Of a DNA stretch of 64,000 nt, positions 36,401 through 48,400 are shown one piece after another. Source of the DNA: Lytechinus pictus (Eukaryota); assembly GCF_037042905.1 (NCBI RefSeq), contig NC_087254.1:10974001-11038000 (forward strand), in the 5' to 3' direction. Both the position numbers and the translations under genes were made by a program. The number at the start of each line of letters is the position of its first letter. Position 1 is the stretch's first letter. The notes below the pieces were generated by a model that searched no databases, was not told the DNA's origin, and saw only the letters and a list, made by a program, of their open reading frames with translations.

Positions 36401-39400
36401 AAACGAATAACACTATATTTAATACAAGTTGAATAGCGATCTATCTAATCAATCATACTACCTCTTCAAAATTCTAATAACTACTGATGCACTTATGTAT
36501 CTGGTCTGTCGGCACAAGACTACATGGCTGTCAGACAGCATGGGTAGTCTTGCTTCAAGGACCGGATTAGTTTTACTCTCAGCCATTTGTTTGGACTCCA
36601 AGCAACCACTGAACAGGTCACATGATGTGGCAGAAACATGGCTGTATTTCGTTTATCTAAACTCAAATTAAATAGCAGTATTGCACAGGGATGAGAGAGC
36701 ATCAAATATCAATCCAACATTAAGACTGTCCCACTGTGGGGCCACTTTCACAAGACTTCCAATTATGGCAGCTTTGCCATTATGGTAACTACCATGGTAA
36801 CAATGCTCAACAGCAATTCACAACCAAAGTTTCCAGGGTGGTTACCATTAGGGCAAAGTTATCCTAATCACAACGAAAGGACAGACCAGGGCCTCTAAGT
36901 ATAAAAGTGTTTGACCCACTGACCCTGGTAAAATAAGACGTAATAAATAAAATAAATAAATAGACCAATGAGTAAAACAAAGTACAACCAATTACTCCCG
37001 CCCTATTACATACCTTTCGCATGGTGATACATCAATGAGCTGGACACCGGGATGGGCAAACCTTCTGATCTGCTGGAAGTTTTCCCCACCCCACAATGCA
37101 ATACCTTTCTGATGGAAGGTCACGAGGTACGTCCCTAACGGAGACCAGCGAATGTACGTCTCCGTCCACCGCTGGAAAGAAATATTTCGCAATAGAGATG
37201 GTTTAAATTCACTTTATAGTCTACTTCAGTCTAATATCTCCACCTATTCGATATACAATCACTTTGGTCTACTTGACATTTGGTAGATTATTCTTGGTCA
37301 AATATCTACTCATGTCTAATTCTCATTTATTCTAATGACATTCAAATGTTCAGATATTCAAATTTCCACTTCGTATACCAAATATTTTGCACTTTGACGA
37401 ATGACAATTTAATCAATTTACATCATTAACAGTTCATCTAACCATTAGTCTAATTGGTCTTAGACGAAGTGGACATTTGACAAATGGTGAAAGCCTAACA
37501 GGAAATAAGAAATTAATTTACAATTAGAGACAGAACTCAGGAAATGAAAATGTCACCCCCCAAAAAAAAAAAAATAATAATAATAATATGGAAATAAAAA
37601 ATAAAAATTAGTAATAAGTTCTCATTTAGAATCTACTTCTTTCCCCACTAGAAGTGATGGCAAATAGTCTATTATTTAAATTTTACAAAACAGAGAAATG
37701 CCTGAAAATGCATACAACTATTCTGTGAGGAAAATGTATCTGGTCTGTCGGCACAAGACTACATGGCTGTCAGACAGCTAGGGTAACCTTGCTTCAAGGA
37801 CCGGATAGGATTTACTCTCAGCCATTGTTTGGACTCCAAGTGACCACTGAACAGGTCACATGATGTGGCAGAAACATGGCTATATGAAATGGCAAGTGTA
37901 TTTGAATAAGTGGGCAGGTCATTCCATGAAATAAGTACATCAGAAAAGTTATGCGAAACCTTCCTGCAAATATCTGTCTATATGCTTTTTTTTTTTCAAA
38001 TTTGGTTTGGTGAATCTTTTGAATCATAACTCAAGTGGCTCATCAATTGTAATAGTGTGTCGACAATGGGGCTTGGTATATAAAAAAAATGCTCATGTAC
38101 AGAATAAACACAGTATTATGTAGACTTCAAATTAGTGAAGTTAGTCAATAACATGTTATGTTACAGTTGATCATTCATGATGCAACCTGAATAACATTTC
38201 AAACTTCACAATGCATTAATTGACTTGTGATCAATTTCTGACCTTAATTTGATTTGCAACTGATTGCAATTTTCAGGAATGCCCTATAAGGTAAAACAAA
38301 AATATTCAAACATTGTCTAACCTTCCTCTCTTCTACAACCGACGCCTCTGTCTTGCTGTTGAGCAGGATAGCAGTGGTCTCACCACCATCAGATATGACA
38401 CTGTATTGATCGTTGCATTCCTTATCTAGCAACCAGCTCCTCATGTTACCCTGTCAATACAAACAATCAATGCATCTATATGAGGGTGTTTTTTCTTAAA
38501 TGACCAGTGGCATCCAAGAATGTGCATAAGACAAGAGCATCGTCAAATACTAAATTAAACTGCCAAGCAAAATGTAATGAGCGGTACAAGTTATACAGGG
38601 ATGCCAGTCACAGCATGTAGACATTGCAGCATCCCATGTGTTGTACAATACAAAGCCTGAAAATGGGAGGTTGCCAGTGCCTAAAATAAGAAAAAGCCTG
38701 CACCAATGCTGGCCTGCAGACTGACATATTTCTTTCAGAATGAAATTCAAATTGTGATGAACAGATAAGCATTTCAGCATAATACTATAGTGCTCATTGA
38801 AACATTTTTAGAACAAAAGTTGTTGTAAACGTACATTCAGTATACTAACCGCCCTTTCACACGGCACCAAAATCGTAATTTAAATGATGATTCCAGTGAA
38901 AAATAATACTAATGACAAATTTTTAGCACTTGTGAAACTGAACTAGAACCATGAACGCTAATCACGATCACGAATTCAAATTCTACTCCGGAGGTGAATT
39001 CCATTAAGTTTCACTCAAATTACGGTACAAATTTTTCGTCTGAAAGGGTTGACCTCCCGACGTCTTTTGAGGGGCCGAGCTTACGTGACCTTTCAAGCAC
39101 TTCCGTAGATAATACAATTGTCATGCACTCATCGTTTCGTTTTTGCAATGCAGTGCTTTGATTGGGTTTGATTGACAAGTCACCAAGGACACAGTACCGC
39201 CTTCGCTCAGGAATTCGAATTCAGATCAGTTTTCAAGCAAACGTGTGAATGGTACAATGATTCTAAAGACAAATTGCAATCATCATTACAATGATTATTC
39301 AAGATTCTCGTGTGAAAAGGCCCTAAGACTGCAAGAAAATTATTGAACATACAGGGTGCTACATAAGCACTTGCCCGATTGCCCGGGGCAAGTAAAAGTT

Positions 39401-42400
39401 AAAGTCGGGCAAATGTTTTGAAGTAAAGACCAAAACTACTTGCCCGAATTGGGCAAGCAAAAATTCTCACAGTAGAATGACCAAAATTAGGGTCATGGTG
39501 GAAAAGATAAAATCACTTTGGAAAAAGAAATGTAAGAACAAGGTACATCAGTTCATGTCAAAAGAGAGAAAAAAGGGTCAATGGTTTAACCGCAATATTT
39601 TCTTTTGAAGAGGCAAACTTTTTTTCAAGGATTTTTTCGGGCAAGTGAAATAGATTTCGGGCAAGTATATTCCAACTATTCAAAAAGTTATGTAGCACCC
39701 CGACATAGCTGTCAAAGACGGATAGCTGGACCAGGTGACGTGCACACATAATGGATAAGTTACCCACAAGGCACAAGGGTAAAGATGGGTCAGTACGTTT
39801 ATTGCTAAAAGCCTGAGCTAGACTTACATGATCTTTGTATGGCTGCTTCTCGGGTGAGGTCCATTCATCCGGTAGATTCATAAACCTATCAATAGAAGGA
39901 ACAATCAAATCAAATCATTAATCAAGCCTTTCTTAAATATGAACATGTATTTACAACAATTATGTACGAGGCAATTTTTCATGACATAATTCTTCACATT
40001 AATTTAAATCCGGGTTCCACACATCACAGCTGCCGCCGCCAAACTGAGCAAATTTCTGTGATCTGTGTGTCCAACGTTCTCATGGTCACATCTAGCAGTG
40101 CACCCTCCCTACATCTTATCTTAGTCTCTAGAACCTTGCCCCTAAAAAGCATGAACCACTTTTCCTTACACAAATAGCTAGAGCAAACATAGAAATCCCC
40201 CCCCCCCCCCAAAAGAAAAAAAAAAAACTTTCAAAGCTGCTCATCAATAACAAGTTGAAAACTACTATAATAAACTACTAAAATTGTGTCATCTAATAAA
40301 TGAAAGCATGAAACAACACCCTTGTCCTTATCAAAATCAGGATTATGGCACAAGAAGATGACCCTATCAAATCACAATATAAAATGGCTACAAGAAGAGC
40401 AACTTACTTGTCAAAATCTGTGATCAAGTTAACAGCAAACGTATGCTGTTTATCAAGCTTGTACCCACTCAATTGCTTGGCAGCTTCGATGGCGTTTTCA
40501 GGTGATTTGTATTCGACGAAAACATACCTGTGGTGCAAAAATTAAAAAGGAATAAGAATTCTTAATTACGTAAAAAGGATCTCCGTTGATGCTTTGCAAA
40601 AGAACAGTAAAAACAAATCTTGGTAATAAACTTCGGGATTCTTGATCTCTCAAGATTCCTTGTACCAATACTAGAATATTTCAATTCTACAGAATTAGAA
40701 AGAAACCTAGAAAGAACTAGAAAGAAAAGGAGGAAGAACTCTCTCCTATCCTCCAACATCAGACTATTCTAGGAGCTGTATTTATCTCCATTCTTCTTTT
40801 TGTCAAAATATCAGCAAAAATTGAAATATTATTCATGTAACAGAAGGCAAAAGAATCAGTGGCGCTGCTTCTCTCATGAGCACATCACTGTGCTGTACAT
40901 GTGTACATGTTTTGTGAAATCTTTCAAGATCCGATTTTTGATTAAATTAGTTTGATTCTTCTCTAACTATTCAAAATCAAGTTTTTTGTTGGGGGGGGGG
41001 GGGGGGAATGCCCTTTACAGTGAATGGGTGTCAGCTCTCATGGGGAATAGATTATTTGTTGATCCCAGATTATGTAAAAAGCAGTGGAAATACCTGTAAT
41101 AGAGGGTAAGCTGTCGATTCGTCTATTGCCAATTCATCCACTCATCACATGGTCTACCTTTATTTAGTCTCATGCCATTCCATCCATCAACATTTCGTCT
41201 AACAACCATTTGGTCCATTAACCATTTGGTCCAATAATTACTTCGTCTAATCACCAGTTCGTCTATGACCATTACGTCTAATAACCAGTTACATGTAGTC
41301 TTATACCCATTTTCTTTTCATTCATTTCGCCCATTCAACACTTATCCAATTAGACCAAATGGTTTATGGACTAAATGGCTATTGGACCAACTGGTTATTT
41401 ACCAAAAAGGTGAGTGGACGAAATGGCAATTGGACCATGTACTATAGTGGACGAATTGATGATAGATCAAATGATAGTAGATGAGTTGGTAATTAGAGGA
41501 ATTGGCATTAGACCAATTGGAAATAAACATAACAGAGACATCTTTTGGGGAAAGCAAACTCTGTATACCAGCAAGAAGCCTCGGGCAACAGTGTCAGGCC
41601 AGGAAATCTGAGAAAATGACTACCATATAAGGCATTTTCCAGTGGCATTACATAACAAGTCATAAATCTCAATCTTCCATGGTTAACCAAGAGTGGTGTC
41701 AAATCCCCCTTGAAAGCCGACACCCCCACTAACTTCAAAGATTATTACCCTTTTGTCTTGCCATCCTCAGCATCAGGATAGTGCTCTGTGCTGATCTCTC
41801 CATACTTGCTACAAACTTTCCTGATGACGTTCTTCAGCTTTGGTAACCGATCTGCTCCAACCTGTGGTACATTGTCGATGACAATTACAGAATCGATGCC
41901 AAGAGCTTCCTTTGGTTTGGTTCGAAGTATATCACCGAGAAGTTCTGCAATGAGAGGTTTATACAAGGTTTATAATATTAAGAATGATCTGCAAGTTCGA
42001 TTAAAAATAAGTTTATATAACTTACATTGAATGCACCATTTATTCTTCAGTAACTCAAATAGCTCTGCTATTTGAGCGTAACTAAGATCTTAGACCCAGC
42101 GAGTGTACAAGGTCATAAATGTGAAGACTCACAGGAAGATCAAACTTTTTGACAGCATTCCGTGAAGAAAGTCATATACATTACTGATTCATTTTGTCAA
42201 AAAAAATGTGGAACAACTTTTTTTATGTTACAACTCAACTTTATCATCTGCCGTGCCAGCCACATCCTCTGTGAGAAATGTTTTTCCTGATCTTGTTAAG
42301 GCTTTTTTTAGTGCTCAGTTAATATTGTTACATCATCAGTTATTTGCAATGTGCGATCTAGTCTTTTGCTGAGATTAAGAGGGTGAATTTCTAGAAGACT

Positions 42401-45400
42401 AGATTAGGTTTTGTACTGTTGTACCAAATATTTAACATACAAAAATAAAAGGTCATCAATAAAAAAAAAATGAAGGGCATTTGGTCACCACAGTCAGGGT
42501 CAGAGACATAGTCCAGACACCTGGGGCAGTTTTCTGAAAACCGTGTTAGCACAAAAACGGTGTCAGCTAACACGATTGGTATTCTAAAAATAGTGTTAGT
42601 ATGAAAAACATGTGGCCCAAGTGGTAACACCGAGTAGGTCATGAAATACGCAGTGCGCAACGTGCAACCCCCATACGCGGTGTTAGGGAGGAACATAACA
42701 TGAAATTTGGTATTCTGAAAATGGTGTTAGCTAAAATTTTGTTCAAAGATAAGTAGATAACACAAAAATTCAACACTGCGATAAGGAGGTTAAGTTAGGG
42801 AACACGATGGCTGCACTTTTCTAGCAGACGCAAACGTCAAAAAGAACATATCCGGGCATAAAGCTATCATCTGGCAGAATTTACTGTAATTTTCTTTCAT
42901 TTAGGGATGCCAGTTGGAATTGATCAGAGGGCCTGAAAATCACCTAGAATACAATAATTTGTACACAAAAATGCTATAACTACGGCCTGAAAATAAATTG
43001 CCAGAGCCTGAATTTCAGGCTTTTGCCTGAAGACTGGCATCCCTGTTTCATTATTCCAGCTTTATTTTCCATCTCCCTTTTCTCTACTAACAATGATTAA
43101 AGTTTAACAAAAATTTCTTTGGAATTTCCTGTGAAAATACACTTCAAATGCATCTTTAATTTGGATTAATTCAAATCATTATCATATATGCTCATGAGTT
43201 ATTTATTTGGTTACTTTTTGCCATAATATAAAAAAGACAAAAGGAGAGAAAGAAAATTAAAAACATCTAAAAAGGAGAGAAAGAAAATTAAAAACATCTT
43301 TAAAAAAGCATGAACGGAAATTAAAAAGAATGGAATTAGCGATTAGGGAACTCTTCTATAATATTCACAATTTTTTAAAACCCTTTTTCAATGGTTACAT
43401 GTATATATAGTTCCATTGATACAATTTTTTAAACTCTCAATGCTTCTAGGTAATCCTTAATTCATCTATCCCGCCAGTCAATCTATATGCTTCGGATGTG
43501 GGAGGATGGGGAGGGGGGGGGGAAGGGGCTGATCGCTACACGCATCAAATTTTAATTCTGTCTCCTGTTATAATTTCGTACCCATGCTGTCTGAAATAAT
43601 CCATTCTTAATTGTCACAATCACCCCTCCCCATGTCTCTTTCTCGCTCTAACTTTTTATTTAGCTGTAGATCTAGGCTCTATGCGTTTCCAAAATGATGT
43701 AACAATGCAGGCTTCATGTCATCGTGCGCACACTCCCCTTTTCCCTGAAAAGATTTTTTCTTTAACAGCGCATTTGATTGGCTTAAAAAGATGCAGATTG
43801 GGAGGAGCTGAAGCTAGATTAACACGAAATGAGATAACACGGTTTTCAGAATCCGGATTTGGGGGGTATTAGGGGCGTGTTAAATCAGAGATAACACGGT
43901 CAATATTTATACCAAAGTTAACACGTTAACACAGTTTTCAGAATACCGCCCCAGCAGTAACACAACTCCACCAGCGCATCCAGAAACTGAACTTGACGTC
44001 TTGACTCGAGACGAAAATAAATGGATGAACACAAAAATGAAGCCAGGCTTTTTTCATGTTTTTTTTTGGGGGGGTTCTTCTTATCTTATCAAAATATCAG
44101 CAACGTACTAGTACAGGTTAACACATGAACTGTAACATTAAAGCTTTCAACCGCTATTCCATACTAGTAGGGTGTCTGGACGTTTTTCAGAAATCACCTA
44201 TTTTGTGAATTAAATCACTGTCACGTAGCAGAAAGTGAAGAGAATATCTGAAATAACATGTAAATCAAGTTTCATAACTCACAAGCATTTAAATCCAGAG
44301 ATATTTGCTTCTAAAGTTTGGCACATTTTCAGATTAAAACGTAAGCGATATCACACCGATAGTGGCACATTTTGCTTGACCTAAAACACACACAGAGCTG
44401 CTGTACGCCGCATCGCATTGAAGGGGCCGGGGCGGAGTTGGAAGGGCGCGCAATACATTCATTACCGCTTTCGTTGTCAAGTTTGCCTTTCAAATACGCA
44501 ACTTATCAACTGCTCATGAATAATGCGTTCGTAGACGGACACGTCTGGGTCACTGCTCTAGTTGAAAGGTCACATATACGTCACAATAGAGATTACGAGT
44601 ACTTCGCCAAGCACAAGGTTGCATCTTATTTAGAGTGGAGATCAGTGGTTGCATCACAATGCATAAATCATCGGACTTGCATTCAAGTACATGTCGTATG
44701 TGCACACAATAATGGTGTGTGGATGTACCATGTGATTTACGTGCACCGTGCCGTACCGCGATATGCCATTGCTTTTGTGTACTACCAAGGAGCTTCTTGG
44801 TACTACCAGTACCAGGGATTCCCCGATGTGCGACGGCAACCCACGTGCAGCATGGAGTGATGAGTCATTAGTATGACGTACCAGAATGACATTGCAATAC
44901 GTCATAATAATGTTCTTACCACCATAGGCGGCGGCGGGACAGGTTCCCCCCTAAATTTGAGGTGGGGGGGGGGGTGGTCCCCCTAAATTTTAGTTGATAA
45001 TCTGTTTTATTTTATTTTTTTCTGCTTGTCAATTTTATTTCCTGCGTCCCCCCCCTAAAGTCAGCGTGGACCCCCCTAAAATGTTTCTGCCCCCCCCTAA
45101 AATTTTAGTTGATTGCCTTTTTTTTTTTGCTTGTCAATTTTGTTTAACCTGTTATCATCACAAAATTTCGGGTGGAACCCCCTAAATTTTTTGACTTCGC
45201 CGCCAATGCTTACCACACGCCAGATCAATTTCCTCATGTCAATTTAAGGTCTATACTTGACTTAATAAAATGTTTGAAAGGTGAACTCAGGGCTGAAAAT
45301 GATTTCTGAATAAATAGGGTAAGATTCACCAAGCAAAGGCTGGAAATTTTTATGAAAATCTGATAAAAAGTAACTAAGTTATTGAATTTTAAAGATTATT

Positions 45401-48400
45401 GATGTTTTGTGAAGATAATTATATGCACGTCGTCATCAATATTCATTAGGCCGATTATGTCACATCCCTACTCTTTTTTCTTAAGATATCACATATAAGA
45501 TGTGAGTATGGTATGTCTCCTTAACAAGCCTTGCAGCAAAGAGTATCAAATGTATTAAATCTGTTGTCAGTTTTTGTTTTCATTCTTGGAGGACAAATTG
45601 AACATAATTTTATAATATACGAAAAAATAAATTGGGATATTTCACGTGACACGATCACTTTGCTCATGATTGAATATTGATGAAGACAGTAAAGAGTTGT
45701 TTCACTGAAATCTTAAGCATGCTGTAACCTTGATATTAAGTGTCCAATTTTAATAATGTCGACTTTTGTTTCAAATAGTATTATTTTTCACATAGAGTTT
45801 CATTCCGATTTCATAACGATCATTGCTGATTTGATTTATACCCCCCCCCCTCACCCCACATACATACCCTAAGTCTTACGTTATTTATCATCATTGTCAA
45901 CCACCATCGATCACGCACTATTGTCATATTTTTATTAGGGCAATTCCATAAAATATGTACGTTCGAACCTCTATATTTGGGATCTTCATGAAATTTTCGG
46001 TCTCTATGATTCTTGGTTCTTTTGACAGTCTGTAACGCTGTCAAATGACCATGACTTGGCCAGTTTATTAAGTGATGTAAGACTTTAGAAAAATGGGGGT
46101 CGAATGTACAGAAAGCTTGATCATTTTACGGAATTGCCCATTATCCAAACCATCATGCAATCAAAACCATGCACACCCACTCGTACATCATCACCCTGAG
46201 TTCATTTATCACAAAGGCCAATCATCATCGTGAATCCATTTCATCACTTAGGAAAAAAAAGAAATAGTCATTAAAACTTTTTCTCTGTTTGTATATGTCC
46301 ATAAAACCATAAACATCAGAATCCACACTTCATTTCATGCAGGCAAATCATCACCATCAAAACACTTCATCATGGCGCATTATGTTTACCATCATTTTTA
46401 GATGCAATTAAACTTCAAGATGAAAATATAACTTTATTCTACTTTTCTTTATTTCAGATTTATTAGGAAACGATAGAGGGGTTTCGATCGTCGGACCTAA
46501 GAAATGAGAATCACCGAGAACTCAAAAATAAAACACATATATAGAGCTTGTATTTCTGTTTCCTTGTCAACTATTCAAGTCATCTTTATTCTAAAATCGA
46601 GTTGACATATATGATATATGCTGTTTCATTTCAAGATGCTTAACTCACACAAAATAACGGAATAATACCAAGTGAAATATTTTAAACCGTTCACAATTGT
46701 AAAATGTCCACAAGGTTTTTCTGAAGAACCTGTATATAATACTACTGAGAGTAACTGCCTCAATATCTTGTCAACTTTCAATTGGGGAAAACATTGAACA
46801 CACGAACTACCATACGCATTATTCTTTGCATGAAAATTGCTGTATTATTTGGAAGTTCAGCTGAATATTAAGCACAATTTGGGACACGACGTGGTTTTTA
46901 TGAATAGGCCTTTCAAGCCTCTTGCGTTTTCATTTTGTGTATCCCCAATTATTCATTTTCAAAACATTGAGTTCCCCATGAAATTGGCGGCATCACAGAT
47001 CGATCACCGCAAGGGGCTTACAGAGTGTATATATAGTGCATTTTTTTCTCTAATCTGCACATACCGTTACGACTCTTTACATTCTTATAAACTTATTATC
47101 ACAGAGTATATAATCATCGTATTATCATGGCCATATACAGCCGAGGCGATAATACTTTATTTGAGCAACAGAATCCCTACCCGACTGCTCTACCTTATTA
47201 CATAATATGTATTTACACAGGTATTGATTCATTTACAAAGACAATATATTTATAGAATAAACTCGTCTTTCTATAAGAGTAAAAGTTCAGTTCAATTTGT
47301 GCATATTATTCACGCAATTAATTACTTCGTAATTACTGCGTAAGGGCCTATACTCCCAATTCAGAATAATATGTTTGCCAAGAGCTTGCTTGATTACTGC
47401 TGTGTTGTATAATAAATAAAAAGAGCTCCAGTGTTGACAGTCTTCGATTTATACATAACGCGATGATCTTCCACCACAAGATGATAACTTGCTGAACTCA
47501 AAAGGTAAGTCCACTCTTCATGCTCTTTATTTTCGAGCGTCTGTTCAACTAACTCTATTTCTGCATGAATTGTGTTTACACTAAATTGGTACAAATAATG
47601 TGTTCACGTGTGTTCGTGATGGTCATAACGTCAAAGGTCATCTATTGGTCAAAATATCATGTCATACATGTAAGCGATAGAGACCACAGACCCGTGAACG
47701 ACCATGTTCATGAATGCATAGCAGAACTAAATGCTTCAGTCACTATTTTCTCCTTCCGGAAAAAAAATATAATCGAGCATTCATTGCAACTCGATATTCA
47801 ATACTAGTATAGGTATATGTTATAATAACTTTATATTTCTGAAGCTTTTTTTAAATTCCATCTATTACAATCGAGTATACATTGTAGCTCGATTTATGCA
47901 GCTAATTCTTTATATCAGTTGCCGTTTTCTTGCATCTATTAAAATAAGCTCATTCTGGCAATCATACCTTATATAATTCGATTTATAGGCCCAACTAAAC
48001 TTTCTCAAAAATTCGCACATCTCCTTTCCAATAATCTTCCAACAATGCTCCATCCCATGTATTTTCTTCGTCATCGCTTTCATCATTTAAACTCTCGTAT
48101 TCCACCTTGCAAGATTTATCTACACCATAGCCATCTTCTGCCTCAACTACATAACCGGTAAACCATACCTTTGCGTTGTCTACTTCCCATTTGTGTCTTA
48201 TCTTATACCCTACTAATTCTCTTGCTGATATATCTTTAACATACATATCCCCACTGTTCAAGTCTTCAACTACATCATTTTTGGGATACGAGTATACAGT
48301 TTGTGTATTGGACAAATAGACAAAATTCATCGACTCATTGTTTTTACTGAGGACGAATGCGGAGTACCAGTTTTCTCCTCCATCATCTTCTGTTAAATGT

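Noticed and set aside
26404-38027. Recurrent short ORFs ([23 protein letters not shown] / [16 protein letters not shown]) as a repeated peptide or mutually exclusive exons
   Set aside because: They are translations of the snoRNA copies. Frames differ between copies through 1-nt indels, splice signals are absent, and variation preserves RNA pairing instead.
41604-41678. miRNA-like hairpin in eIF3b intron 2
   Set aside because: Imperfect palindrome matching no miRNA I recognise; indistinguishable from the decayed palindromic MITEs abundant here.
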